Assembly: GCA_963702425.1 (NCBI GenBank)
Contig: CAVPCQ010000032.1
Span: 169,901 to 233,900 of the forward strand
DNA: 64,000 nt
From: an uncultured Acidobacteriota bacterium
GTDB taxonomy: Bacteria; Acidobacteriota; Polarisedimenticolia; J045
Reading direction: 5' to 3'
The translations under genes were made by a program, and so were the position numbers. Below the pieces are notes generated by a model. It was not told the DNA's origin. It did not search any database and saw nothing but the letters and a program-made list of their open reading frames with translations. Shown here in pieces: positions 62,858 to 64,000 of this stretch; position 1 is the stretch's first letter; every line of letters begins with the position of its first letter.

Positions 62858-64000
62858 TGCCTCGCCATAACCCCGTCCGCCTTGCTCCTCAACGAGTTGC
62901 GGTCCTGTGCAGGATACCCGAAGCGCCCGCGGGCGGCCGGGTTGCCCTCCGTCCCGACCGCCGTCATCGTGCGCCGATGCTCAACCACGCTCTGGCCGTC
63001 GCCGGGCTCTCCGCTCGATCTTCGCCAGCCGGGCCGACCTGATCGAGAACCTCGCGCTCCGCCAGCAGCTTGCCGTCCTCCAACGGAAGCAACCCGGCCT
63101 CGTCTTCGCGCGTCCGATCGAGTCTTCTGGCTTGCCCTGCGCCGCTGGTGGCCGCGATGGAAGGAGACGCTCGCCATCGTGACGCCTGAGACCGTCATCC
63201 GTTGGCATCGTGAAGGGTTCAGATGGTACTGGCGCTGGAAGTCCGACAACGCGGTGGACGGCCGAGCACAGCACCGAGATCCGGGCCCTCGTTCGCCGGA
63301 TCGCCGCCGAGAATCCGACCTGGGGAGCGCCGCGCATCCACGGCGAGATCCAGAAGCTCGGCCTTGCGGTCTCCGAACGCACGGTCTCGCGCTTCATGCC
63401 CCGGCGCCCAGCCAATTCCGACGCACGCCAACGATGGCGAACCTTTCTCGCCAACCACCGCGAGGTCATCGCCGCGATCGACTTCTTCACGGTCCCCACC
63501 GCCACGTTCCGCGTGCTCTACGTCTTCTTCGTCGTCCACCACGCTCGGCGCGAGCTGATGCACTTCCGTGTCACCACCCATCCGACCGCGGCCTGGATCA
63601 CGCAGCAACTCCGCGAGGCGTTCCCCTACGACCAGGCGCCGCGTTATCTGATCCTCGACCGCGACGGCAAGTACGGCAATGAGGTCCTCGCCGCGATTCG
63701 CCACATGGGGATCCAACCAAAGCAGATCACCGCTCGCAGTCCCTGGCGGAACGGCGTCGCGGAGAGGTTCGTCAGCACCGCACGCCGCGATCTCTCGACC
63801 ACGTCATCGTCCTCAACGAGAAACACCTGCAGCGCCTTCTCGCCGGCTTCGCCTCGTACTACCTCAACGACCGGACGCACTTGTCCCTGGAGAAGGACGC
63901 GCCCGCGGTGCGAGTCGTCGAGCCGAAGCCGCATCCAGCCGCCGAGGTCATCGCTCTACCTCGCCTCGGCGGGCTTCACCATCGCTACGCTGGCGCCGCG
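62858..64000 (+). mobile_element. rve-integrase IS copy 2, running off the window; its terminal TG is displaced to 60852-60853 by the intron
   Basis: tgcctcgccataaccccgtccgc matches the copy-1 IR; transposase from ATG 62977 (ENLALRQQLAVL, PETVIRWHR, WGAPRIHGE, AIDFFTV) with frameshifts. Confidence 0.9.

Overview
High-GC bacterial chromosomal window; Acidobacteriota-like gene content is an inference only. Many conserved genes carry single-base frameshifts, most likely long-read indel errors. From left to right it holds a CHAT protease/ECF sigma/anti-sigma cluster, a glutathione peroxidase, and an RDD-SpoIIM-DUF4129-DUF4350-MoxR-DUF58 operon. Next come a TolC-MFP-RND-PII-like operon ending in an unannotated tiny membrane ORF with an in-frame TGA, a downstream Cys and a SECIS-like hairpin (candidate selenoprotein), then corA, rubrerythrin-FeS oxidoreductase-DUF3501, sodA and apaH. 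The middle carries several large exported hydrolases, class I fumarase, a Rieske protein, yebC, korAB and an RlmD-like methyltransferase. The right third is rich in mobile elements: two copies of a TGT...ACA-ended rve-type IS, a hairpin-ended transposase-like element, gene remnants and a group II intron inserted 2 nt inside an IS terminal inverted repeat. The top candidates are (1) the micro-selenoprotein in the RND operon, (2) a C-terminal domain ending in Cys-Pro shared by unrelated secreted enzymes, a possible sorting signal, and (3) the IS-tip-targeting group II intron. Three families of palindromic repeats/MITEs are also present.
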